Positions 1 to 10,996 of a DNA stretch of 64,000 nt are shown piece after piece; position 1 is the first letter of the stretch; every line of letters begins with the position of its first letter. Source of the stretch: Cercozoa sp. M6MM (Eukaryota; Protista; Endomyxa: Ascetosporea). The DNA lies in NCBI GenBank assembly GCA_040357565.1, contig JBDODJ010000009.1; one strand, written 5' to 3'. Under the pieces are notes generated by a model. That model saw only the letters and a list, made by a program, of their open reading frames with translations, was not told the DNA's origin and did no database searches. Made by a program: the position numbers and the translations under genes.

Positions 1-94
1 AGGCACGACAAGGTACAAAAGCACACAAACAAACAGGCCATATATTCAACTACCTGGCGTTGCGCGTAATGCCTTTACCGAATGGGCACGACAT
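1..94 (-). CDS. Possible first exon of a gene running off the left edge (MSCPFGKGITRNAR)
   Basis: ATG at 94 (-) followed by a short frame and an AG|GTAGTT donor with T/G-rich intron-like sequence; would be head-to-head with RPT3. Too short to identify. Confidence 0.25.
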
Positions 95-457
95 GCTGTG
101 TTTTGACTCGGTGTATTCTTCTTGTTTCTTGCCGACTTGCTTTTTAGTTTTCGACGTGACAGTGTCGTGGCTATTTGATGGCCAGAATCCAGACCAAAGG
201 CAGCAGGCACTTGCTTGAGCAGTACAACGACTGTATTACAAGAGCTGCACCGAGGGTACAGTACATGTCTATCATGTATGTTTTGGACAAAATATAAAGA
301 CATATTTTTGGAACAAATCTCTTGTTGCCTGCAACGAAACAGTGTGTGCCTGCCTGCAGTTGTAGGAGGGTGCCGTTTATTACGACAACACGTAAGCTGG
401 TTTATCCTTCGTGGAACTTTGCAAAAATCTGTTGAACGTTTTCATTCTCTCTTCAGG

Positions 458-2248
458 ATGTCACGTGTCGCGCTTGCCGAGATCGGTCTCTCGCCGGCGT
501 TGCGACCGCAATCAGCACCTGCCAGGTAATGCGCTCGGGGTAAAGCAAGAAAGACACCATGTAAACTTCACTGAGCAGGAGTATCGAGAAGGAGGAAGAC
601 TTGTTTTTGAAGATGAAGTCGCTCGAGAAACAACTCGAATTTCTCACTATTCAAGAGAACTACATTAAGGTAATTTTCGACAGTGTTTCGAATTGCTCCA
701 AACTATGTTGATGGTACCTCTTTCTCTGCAGGACGAGCTTAAAAACCTGCAGCGCGAAATGATTCAGGCGAAGGTATGATTTATTCCTTTCTATTGCTGT
801 ATTTGCAGATTAATACCTATTAATACATTTGTCGTCACAGGAAGACGTTAAAAAAATTCAGTCGGTGCCGCTCATGTGCGGCCAATTCCTTGAGGCCATC
901 GATGAGCACTTTGGCATCGTTCACAGCACCGGTAACTACCGCGCATACAGTCGTGTTGTGTCTCTTGTATTGAATGTGGTGATTATTCTCTAGGCGGTGG
1001 CACCTACTACGCGCGTGTACTGTCAACGCTTGACCGCGAAAAGCTGAAGCCGAACACATCGGTGGCTATCCATCGACATGCTCACTCGGTTGTGGACATC
1101 CTGCCACCCGACACTGATGCCTCTGTCACCGCGCTCAAGGTACCGCGGCACTGGCTACCGTCTAGTACGGTTTTCCGGGAGCTTTTATTTTGTTGATTGC
1201 AATCTCGACAGGTCTCCGAAAAACCGGATGTAACGTACGCCGATATCGGTGGTCTCGACGTACAGAAGCAGGAGGTGCGAGAGGCTGTCGAGCTGCCGTT
1301 GACGCAGTTTGACCTGTACCGCAGCATCGGTATCGACCCGCCGCGCGGCGTGCTCATGTACGGTCCGCCCGGCACGGGCAAGACCATGATGGCTAAGGCA
1401 GGTACACGAGTGACCACTGTCTTATTTGGGTGTTTAAAACACATTTGCTTCCTCAACAGTGGCTAACGCGACAACGGCCACGTTCATTCGCATGGTCGGC
1501 AGTGAGTTTGTGCAGAAGTACCTGGGCGAGGTAAACAGTATGCTTTGCGTGTAAGCTGGCGTGTTTGGCGATCATTTGCCGGCCTTGATTTTAGGGTCCC
1601 CGTATGGTGCGCGATGTGTTCCGCCTGGCGCGAGAGAACGCGCCCTCCATCGTGTTCATCGATGAGGTTGACGCCATTGCCACCAAACGATTTGACTCGC
1701 AGGTAGAACGGTTTATGTCAAGTTAGGGAGTTGCCGAAAGGTATCATTCTGCGGTCAATTTCGCAGAACGGCGGCGACCGCGAAGTGCAGCGCATTCTGA
1801 TCGAGCTGTTGACGCAGATGGACGGCTTCGACCAGTCAGTCAATGTCAAAATCATCATGGCCACCAACCGCGCCGATACGCTCGATCCTGCACTGCTGCG
1901 TCCGGGCCGACTGGACCGCAAGATCGAGTTCCCGAACCCGGACCGACGACAGAAACGCATGATCTACCAGGTGCGTTGACTCAACCATGTGTGTATATAT
2001 GCCTGTATATAAGTGCGTGCTTGCAGGTGTGCACGAGCAAGATGAACTTGAGCGACGAGGTCGACCTGGAGGACTACGTGCGTCGCCCCGAAAAGATCTC
2101 GGCTGCCGTGATTTCGGCCATCTGCCAGGAGGCCGGTCTACACGCTGTGCGCAACAACCGTTACGTCATCATGCCCGAGGACTTTGACAAGGCCTTCCGC
2201 AACAACGTCCGTAGCGCCGAGGGCGCCTTCCAGTTCTACCACCAGTAG
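458..2248 (+). CDS. RPT3: 26S proteasome AAA-ATPase subunit Rpt3 (6B), multi-exon
   Basis: Spliced frame gives [28 protein letters not shown], Walker A GPPGTGKT, Walker [53 protein letters not shown]; ends FQFYHQ*. All introns GT-AG. Confidence 0.96.
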
Positions 2249-2297
2249 GCGATCGCCGCGATCTTGTCCGGCCGTTTGCGTTACGCTTGGCGGCTGT

Positions 2298-2540
2298 ATT
2301 TAGTCCGTCTGCGCTGGTTACGGTACCGTCTTGAATTCGAATTCGCCGAGTAGTGTTACGGTTAACTGATCAGTCCAGTTCGACTACTGCTGATTCTCAG
2401 GCTGTTCGGTTAGAGTTAGACGGTGCGGAGTACGTAATGCCGTGCCCAAATGCTCTAGTGACCCACCCTGGACTGGCGCAGGGGGAACTACTTCGCTTAG
2501 TTAATTTCCTAGAGGACTGAAGACTCAACTATAATGACGT
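2298..2540 (+). repeat. Dispersed 3'-intergenic element, copy A (core 2458-2540)
   Basis: Colinear blocks shared with 22020-22327: ATTTAGTCYG, TTACGG..TTAACTGA, TTARAGTTRGRCRGTG, GTGACCCACC, ACTGG, GGG.AACT, GACTGAA, AAGACTCAACTA. Confidence 0.6.
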
Positions 2541-2620
2541 ACCCGTACAGCGCCGCCTGCCGATCAGTCTGGCAGCCCCGACGTGACCACACTGAAGCTT
2601 AAGCGACGGCTCGGCAAACG

Positions 2621-5600
2621 CTACTTGGGAACGCGGACGGAAGCAACGAGAGCAGGCACTTTAGCCACCTTCTGCAACGACCAGCATCCCATGAAATCGG
2701 CGTATAGCTAACCAACTGAAAGCACCCGAGAAAAGCAACGTACGTTCATGAAGTGAATCCACGCGGTCTGGGTATCTACGAAAGCCAAACACACCACACA
2801 CGCGCGGGGGTCACAAACCGATTGAACCAAAAAGCAGCTCACCAGAGAGACGATCGTTAGGCCCCTTGACCTCAACGAAGACACACTGCTTGTCGTTCCA
2901 TGCCTACAATATGCCTAAACCGTACTCACACCTGAACTTCACAATAAACGTGTCTACAATCAAGTCGGGCAGTCCACTTCGCGTGCGCGGGAAGCACAAG
3001 CGGCGCAGCAGCGGCACGAGCTGGTTTGGGCGCAGCACGCCGGCGACCGAGACGAGATCGCGCAGTTGCAGACTCCAATTCGCGAACACAACGGCCGTGC
3101 TGCACAAACACAGCCCTCACGCATGCACACACACACACACACACACACTCAAGCATGTGTCGATTAAAGCAAAGAGGGTACTCGCGAAGTGCCAGCCACG
3201 ACTTGCGCACGCATTCTTGCAACTCGCCCTGCGACATTGCGGCAATCTCAGCGAGTCTGCTCTCAATGCGCTCACTCCGCGAGGCATAAAACGCTGTCCA
3301 AGATGGTCGAGTATTCCAGGCAACAAATGAAATGGGTGCGATAAAACCATCGGAGTGAAAGTCGAGAGGAGCGTTCTGAAAGGCAGTCTGGAACACAAAA
3401 GGCACCGACGTGTCAAACAGACACTCGTGCAGCAGGAGGCAGAACAGCATGCGCAAACACGAACCTACAATGCGCACATTGCTAGCAACACTAATGCGGT
3501 ACAAGTTCAGATATGTGCGTAGTGTACCCTCATCATGGAGACTGTTCCACGGTGCGCCAGGGATCCAGTTCTCGGCCTGTGACAGGTGCTGCGCATCTGT
3601 GTCATCGTCCTCCTCGCCATCAGCAGTATTTTCGCTGACAACTGTGGAGGCATCATCGTGCGACTGCTGTCCCGAAGCCTCCAGGAACTGCGTCGGGTAG
3701 CGCAGGAAGCACTGTACGAGTTCCTCCACCGAGAGCGATCTCTCCGTGTCGCCACTCGCGTGTTCCGCCTCCGTCTCGTCAAAATCGAGTCCGATGAAGC
3801 GTGACTTGCCTCGGACACCGGTTTCACCGTGCATGAGAGGCCTCGCGTGCAGCACGACTGCTTGTACCTCTTGCGGTCCTCCTGGTTTGGTGTGTTTAAC
3901 ATGCACTGACCTAACATACTGAGAGGTGACTAAGGTACCTGCAACGTGGATGGCGTGTCTCGTTCCACTGTTCGCTTCGAGCCACTCGCACACTTCCTCC
4001 TGCACAGCATAGACCATACAAATACTTGATGTTTGTTCAAGAAAGTGTATACGGTAGCGAGTCGACGTCGCTTGGGTGGTGGTTCCTCTTCGTCATCAGA
4101 AACGACGTCTTTCTTGCGTCGCTTCCTGCCCCTTTGCTTGCGTTTCTCGGCACGTTCCACCAGAGCGTCCCTTCGCCGTGCTGTTTAGACAGAGGGGTAC
4201 ATGAAAGCAACGAGCAGAAACATGATTTGTACCGAGTGCCCGCCGTTCGTGAAACGGCACCGTCTTGTCACTGGCAGCTGCATGTGCAGCCAGCACGGCA
4301 TCCTCCTGTCGCTTTAGGTGACCCAAGTCGATCAACATGCGTTCGTGCCACCTCTTTCTTCTCGAACGCGACTACAAAGACATCGCTGTCATTGGTAGAT
4401 CAAAGGAAGACAGGCATAGGGCGAACACACCATTTTATCATTCTCCAGCAGAAGCTTGAGCACATCGACCGCACGTTCGTACATCTTCTGTTTCTCCAGT
4501 GCGTCGACACCGTATCGAATGGCACGTAGTACTAACCAGGGAGAGCATGCGCAAAAAGCGGGAAGGAAGGGGCAAGGATAGACGGTAAAGGACAAAAGAG
4601 TACAGTGGTATCGCTCGCGAAACCGTCGCAGAAACACATGACTGTCGAAGTCAACATCGTTGATCGACAACTCTGGCTTAAAGCGCGACTCGACAACAGT
4701 GTCCGTCACTTCGACTGTACTTCCTCATCATGGACCACAAGAAAAGATGCCACACAAGCAATGTTACGATCAAGGACGGCTTCATCATCATCCTCCGAGT
4801 CGAGTATCACGACAGGGCTGTCGTGACTCTCCAACTGCGCGAATCGAAGCAGCGCCGTGTCCAACAGTGCACAAGCCTCCAAGTAGCTCTGCGCATGCAC
4901 CTCTCCACATCACCATTTTCGCATTTTTTTGATTCTCTTTCTCACACACTCACACACACACCTTGCGTTCCGTGAGTTCAAACAACAAATCCGCACGTTC
5001 CGAAGCTTCTCGAAAACTGTAAAGTTGCACGCAGATGTCCTCTACCTTCCTGCTCAGTACATACAGTGTCTGTACCGGTCTAATTGCTCCCGCGATATAA
5101 ACAAAGACTGTGTCACTGACGAATCGAACGTGTAGGGGTACTGCGAACGTATACAGCATACACATGGTATATACAAAAGCATATACAAGAAGAGACAAGT
5201 ACAGGGCGTAGGCGACCCAAAGACTCGAGCAGAGCGGCCGTGTCGTCTTCGGACTGCCAGGCGTAGAAGAGTCCGTGCGCGAGATTGAGCGTGTCGCTGA
5301 CGTGACTAGTCAGTCGAAGGAAAGAGCCGCCGCGTTCCTCGGGAGGAAGGTCCATGAAGGCACTGCTGCTGCGACGCGGACCCGCTGGTCTCTTGTGCTC
5401 CTTTTGTTTCTTGCTGTTGTCACCGTCATCGTCATCGTCAATCACAATGGCATCGCCTGTGTTCTTCTTGCCTTTGGCCCGACTGAAGAAGGACATTAGT
5501 GTGTTGCCCTGTGCTTTGAGTTTCTTGCCCTTGCCTTTGCCCTTGCTACCCTTGCCCTTGCCCTTGGCTACAACGGCACTCACAGGCTGACCAGAGTACT

Positions 5601-6958
5601 CACACTCGAGAGCCGTTAGAACACTCGACACGACGGAAGACTTCTGCGAAACAGCGCCACCAAACACCGACTTCGACACAAACAGTCGCTGGTGCACTGC
5701 TTTCTACACACAGGGGTACCCTCACCGAAACTTATCAAAACAATAGGTATTAACATGTACCATGAGAGTGGACCTGTCGCCAGTGGTCTTCACGTTGAGC
5801 ACACTGGCGATAGCTTTGAGTTGCGACACAGTCAGGTCCTGCAGCAGTGCCGCAGGGATGCCATCTGAAATGAACATGATAACATGGGGTAAAGAAAGAG
5901 ACTGAGTGGTACGGGAACAAACGTCGCGCAGTGTCGACACGAGACCAGCCCGGCGCAGGGCACGCACAGCACGGAAGGTGTGCGACAAGCGGAGCCGCCG
6001 CACTGCCTTCATACTGTGCCACTCACCGCTCCAAGTCGCCATACTGTCGAACAGTCAAACTATACACAGATGTCCTCTACCTGACCCGTGTGTACCGAGA
6101 CAGAAGCGTGCGTGCCTCGTCGCCAATGTCCTGCTCGTCAGACAGAGTCGCGTCGAAGTGCTTGCCAGCAAAGGTTTCCAGCACGACAATCTCCTGCGGC
6201 CGCAGCAAGGCTCGATGTCGTGTCAACGCAGCAACAGCGATGCGAATGCGTCGACGCAACTGCCACGTGTAGTTGGGTATTGGGAAGAAACGGGGGGGGG
6301 GGGGGTTACCTGTCGCTCGCCAAAGAAAGCTTCGTGCAGATCGAGGTTGCTGAGTGACATTTCGTTCTGCGAGAGTCGCACCAGATGACTCCAGTCGGCC
6401 GTCTCGTTGGCGTTCCTGGCCAACGCGAGCGGTCCCGTCGCAGTCGACACGGACTCGTTGCCTGCTCGCGAGTACGAGTCCGATCGTGGCTCCAACACCT
6501 CATGCTCCACGTCGAGTTCCTCATCCGAAAAGTCATCGAACGAAATCTTACTAGCGCGCACTCGTCGCTGTGAAGCATCGATGCGAATCACCTGGACGGC
6601 CAAGTCGTCGCTTCGGTGCAGTGACACATCGGTGTCGATGAGGCCGGCATCAATGAGCGGCGACAATACCGTACTCAGCACACCGGGAACGTAGCTACGG
6701 AACATCATTACATCTTAAAATAGCAGACAGTGTACAGTAGCCAACGTTCGCTTCAAAGGCAATGTACCCAATGGCAGTGTCGCCGTACAAGACAAGCAGC
6801 GCATTGCAATCGGCTACATTGTTCGGCTCCCGGAGCAGCGAGTGCTTGCATTCTCTGCCCAAATCACGTTCGACTGCTTGCTTGCAGCCGCTTTGCTGCC
6901 GCTCGCGCACAAAGTTCTCGCCCACGATCGGCACATACAGAGTCACTCTACTTGACAT
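2621..6958 (-). CDS. FAN1: Fanconi-associated nuclease 1 with N-terminal HIRAN and C-terminal VRR-NUC domain
   Basis: HIRAN motifs LLREPNNVADCNAL and IG|YVPGVLSTVLSPLIDAG; SAP-like LTVSQLKAIASVLNV; TPR-like segment; FQTAFQNAPLDF; nuclease core SGLPDLI|AWNDKQCVFVEVKGPNDRLS|DTQTAW; stop TAG at 2621-2623. Confidence 0.9.
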
Positions 6959-7774
6959 TCGTCATGCCTGCGCACACGCAAGAACAACAAAGCTCCAAAA
7001 TATCGCACGCAACAGTAGCTCAATCAGCCACGCTAGATACATACCAGCCTAGCTCCTACCTGTGTAAGTACCTTTTGACTCTACCTGTGTATCACAAAAA
7101 TGGACAGTGTTGGTATATAGTGTGTATATTTTTTTGGAGTCAGTACAAGTAGTCCACTGTCCACTGACCATTAGTGGTCAGGAACAACCGACAGAAGGGT
7201 GTGCGCTCTCCGCAGCCTGCAGCACTTCAACCAAGTGAACAAGTGGACTGAGCTGTGCTCAACCGAAACAACAACAGCTTGATCAGAGACAAGCAAGGAA
7301 ACCGCTGGGCGAGTGATCGGTTCTCATTGATTTCCCGTGTCGCCCTCTGCTCAGGTCGCTGCTGCACGTTCACATATTGTACAGTACTACTGTGCTGCCC
7401 GCTTGAGTTTGTGTCGACTGTGAGTGCCACCGTAGTGCTCTAGTCAGGACGCAGGCGTCTGCAAAGTGGGCCTGCCCTGGCCAGCAAAAATCCATAACGT
7501 GCACCTCCGGGTGCGCAAACTGCTGCCAGTGCTAGTGTGAGCCTGTGCGATCTTCACGCATCTTTCATTTGTGGTGCGTTCTGACGTTTCTGTTGTCCAG
7601 GGATTGCGCGCATCTGGAGTCTGGATTTGTTTTTTCAAGTTTGTGTGTTTGTCTTCGGCAGAAATAGCATTGATCTGATTGATTTAACTCAAGCAATAGG
7701 ACGCCTTCACCGTAACAGTACATACACGGATCATCCTCCTTTGTGGCGCATACTGTGTGTTTCTGTGCGTTCAG

Positions 7775-10700
7775 ATGCGGTTGTTGTCGGCGCTGGTCGC
7801 CTTGACGACGGTATCCCACATAACCTCGTCATTTTTCGAGGGGGCTATTTCAATTTCTGTGGATGAGACAGGCCGCACAAGCCAGTTTAAACGTTGTGGT
7901 TGACAACACATCGGGCTCGTCTCCAGGGTTCCAAGTGTCGTGGGACCAACAGCCCACTGAAACCACCGGCTACAAGATTGAGTCGTCAACTGCAGGAAAC
8001 CCTTTTGTGGAGGTTCACACCGCTGATAAATCGGTACGGCAGCTAAGAACCCGCATTTGAATCAAAGTATTGTATTATTTGTACGGCATGTGATTAGGCC
8101 TCAAGTTACTTTGTCAGTATTCCTGACTCCTCGGAACTTGGCTGCTACACGTTCAAGGTATGCTGTCTGTGCAGGTTTTGTCTTGCAGGTACATGTACAA
8201 TTTCGCTTTGTGTGTCACCTTGGTACAGGTGACTAGTCAATCTCTCGGCGTTTTTGAAACTGCTGACGAGTCCTGCGTCAAATTGCCTGATCTCAGTGAT
8301 GTCACGCCAACCACCTCTGTGGTATCCTATCTCCTGTCATTACCTGCACGCGCATTAGAGAGATATACGAAATTGTATGTAGGAGAGCGACCGTATCAAA
8401 GTGGACTGGTCGCCCGCATTCGCGTCGACTCAGTTTGAAGCCAGTTTCACATCCTTCCAGGTACTTGCATCAGCGCTTGCACAATTCCACTCCTGTTTGC
8501 ATAAATCGATGTGTCTAGGTCGACCTGTACGATACCACCGGAACGACAAACCTCGCCTCTGGTAGCCCGAACAACGTCTACGCGGCTGGTACAGCAACAC
8601 TTTAATATGTTAAATGTCAGTTGTTTTTTTTTCACTGTGAGTGCGCGCAGTGTCGGACACGCAGCCAGTGCAGGCGCCGAACTGTTACAAAGCACAAGTG
8701 ACGGCTAGCTTTGGCGCTTTTGGCAGCACGACGTCGCTGCAGTCGGCGCAGATCTGCCACGGTACAGCAGCTTTGTCAGCTGTGCCGTTTGTCAGCTGTG
8801 CCGCTTGTCGTTTACGTTGCTGGGTTTGCAGGCTCTGCATTGACTCAGCCCACTGCGACGCTTGATACTGACGCGACGTCTGTTACCGTCTCCTGGGATC
8901 TTTCCTCCGCTGAAATCTCGGTACCAATGATTGGCTTGGCGTGTGTTTTGTACGTGCTCAATAAGGATGCTTTCTTGCGTTGGGCAGCCCGGTGGCACCG
9001 TGACACAGTTCTCGGTGCTTCCATCGACGTACCCGACCAACGCCGATGCGGCGATTCGCACTGTGTCGAGCGACTCGGCCACTTCGTTCCGGTGGAACAT
9101 GGTACCAAAATATGGCTTTCCTTATCGTGTGATGATGATGATGGTATGTGTGCGCATATGTACGCAGGCGTCGGCGAAGGACTTTGGTGCCTTTGAGTTC
9201 CAGGTGATGTACACGTACGCTAGCGGCGAGACGTCAGCTTGGTCGACTTCGTCGGCAAGCGTCACGTTTGAGAAACCTCCGGCTGTCACGAACCTCGTTG
9301 TCACGGCTGACGACAACCCCGGTAAGCCGGGGCTGAGGAGTTTTTGTATGCGACGGCACACTACACTGTCCTTGTAGACACGGCTCCCAGATCGCGCTTC
9401 ACTGTCGCGTTCACGGAGAGTACGCTCACGCCGTTCGTCTTGTCGTCGTACGTTTGACCTGCTCTGCTGTGTGTGCATGCAGGGCTCATCCTGGCCTGTG
9501 CACAGGTACGAGGTCGTGTTCGCTGACGAGTCTCCGTTGCCTGATGGCCTCGTGTATGACACGACCAGCAATTCGATCGCCTTCACGGTATTGCGTGCCA
9601 CCGACTGCGTGGTTGTGCGTGTTTACGAGTTTCTCTGTGCGAAACAGGGCCTGCCGGCTGGCTGCTACACTTTCCGTGTGCGCACCAACGTGGATACCTT
9701 TGGTGCCGTGGCGCTTTCGGACCCGTCGGACGAGGTGCGTCTTGCTTGCGAGCACAGGATGCAGTATGTAGCCATGTTGTGGTGGTTGCACAGCACTGCT
9801 TCGCGCCGACGCCGCAGATCACGGCGGCCAGCGCACCGAGCGATGCCCCGGCGCGCTTCCAGGTCGACTGGCAGCTGCCGAGTGACACCACGAACATTCA
9901 GAAGGTACCCTGACGGACTTGCACAGGAGCTTGTGAGCCACATGTGTACTTGACGGTTGTGAAATGTCCAGGTGCGCATCAACCCGTCGGCGACGTCGCA
10001 AAACACGGCCACTTCTGCCGACGTTGTTGGTATCGATACTTGCACACCAACCTCTTAAATGACACCGACTTAATGGCACGTGCTTGTGTAGGCGCCGTGA
10101 CGACGGGCACGTGGAATCTGGCCACGGCGTCTGACATTGGCTGCTACGAGTTCCTGGTGCAGTATATGTATGGCACAAACAAGGACGGCCAAGAGCAGTG
10201 GTCCGCGAACTCGGCTCAGTCGGCCACGGTGTGCCACGAGGCTCCTCAGGCCGTTGGTACTCTACCACTCATGCTTGTGAGTGTGTTAATGTGCTGTCAC
10301 ATAGGCGAGGTGGCCGTGGTCGCCTCGGACAACAACGACCTGACGGCGACCTTCCAGGCCACTGCGCCGGCGCTGCGTCTGGGTGCCGCTGGCACGCCGG
10401 GCGAGCTGGGCCCCTTCACGCTCCAGCAGGTGCGTTATGAGATCGTTGGTGACGCCACCGAGCCCGAGCAGAACGTCACGTCGATTCAGGTGCTGGCATC
10501 ACTATATATATATATTTATATATCTAAGTATATATATATATCTAAGTATATATATATATATATATATGTTTGTGTGTGTGCAGCCGGTGAACTTTGTCAA
10601 GGGACCGAGTTGTTTGACTGTTCAAGCCACGTACACCTTTGCGCTGTTCGGTGAGCTGGTGACGGCCACGATGGCATCTCCCGTGTGCATGGGTCCCAAG

Positions 10701-10905
10701 CCGATTCTTCCTGCTGCTGTGGTACCTACACTTTCCGATGTCCTGTCCCCTGTACTCTTATTACTGCATGTGCGCCTGGGTAGTTGATGTCGGACAAGAC
10801 GGCGTTCAACGTAAGCTACCAGTTGCCGACGGAAGGTGTGGAGTCCGTGCAGATCGAAGCTGCGCTCCCGGACTCGGGCACGAGGTACTCTCGTGTTAGG
10901 CCACG

Positions 10906-10996
<91 letters not shown>

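Noticed and set aside
2515-2545. CTGAAGA as a hammerhead ribozyme core; also pistol/twister/HDV likeness of the repeat
   Set aside because: No downstream GAAA or stem II, and the conserved catalytic nucleotides of the other classes are not present across copies.
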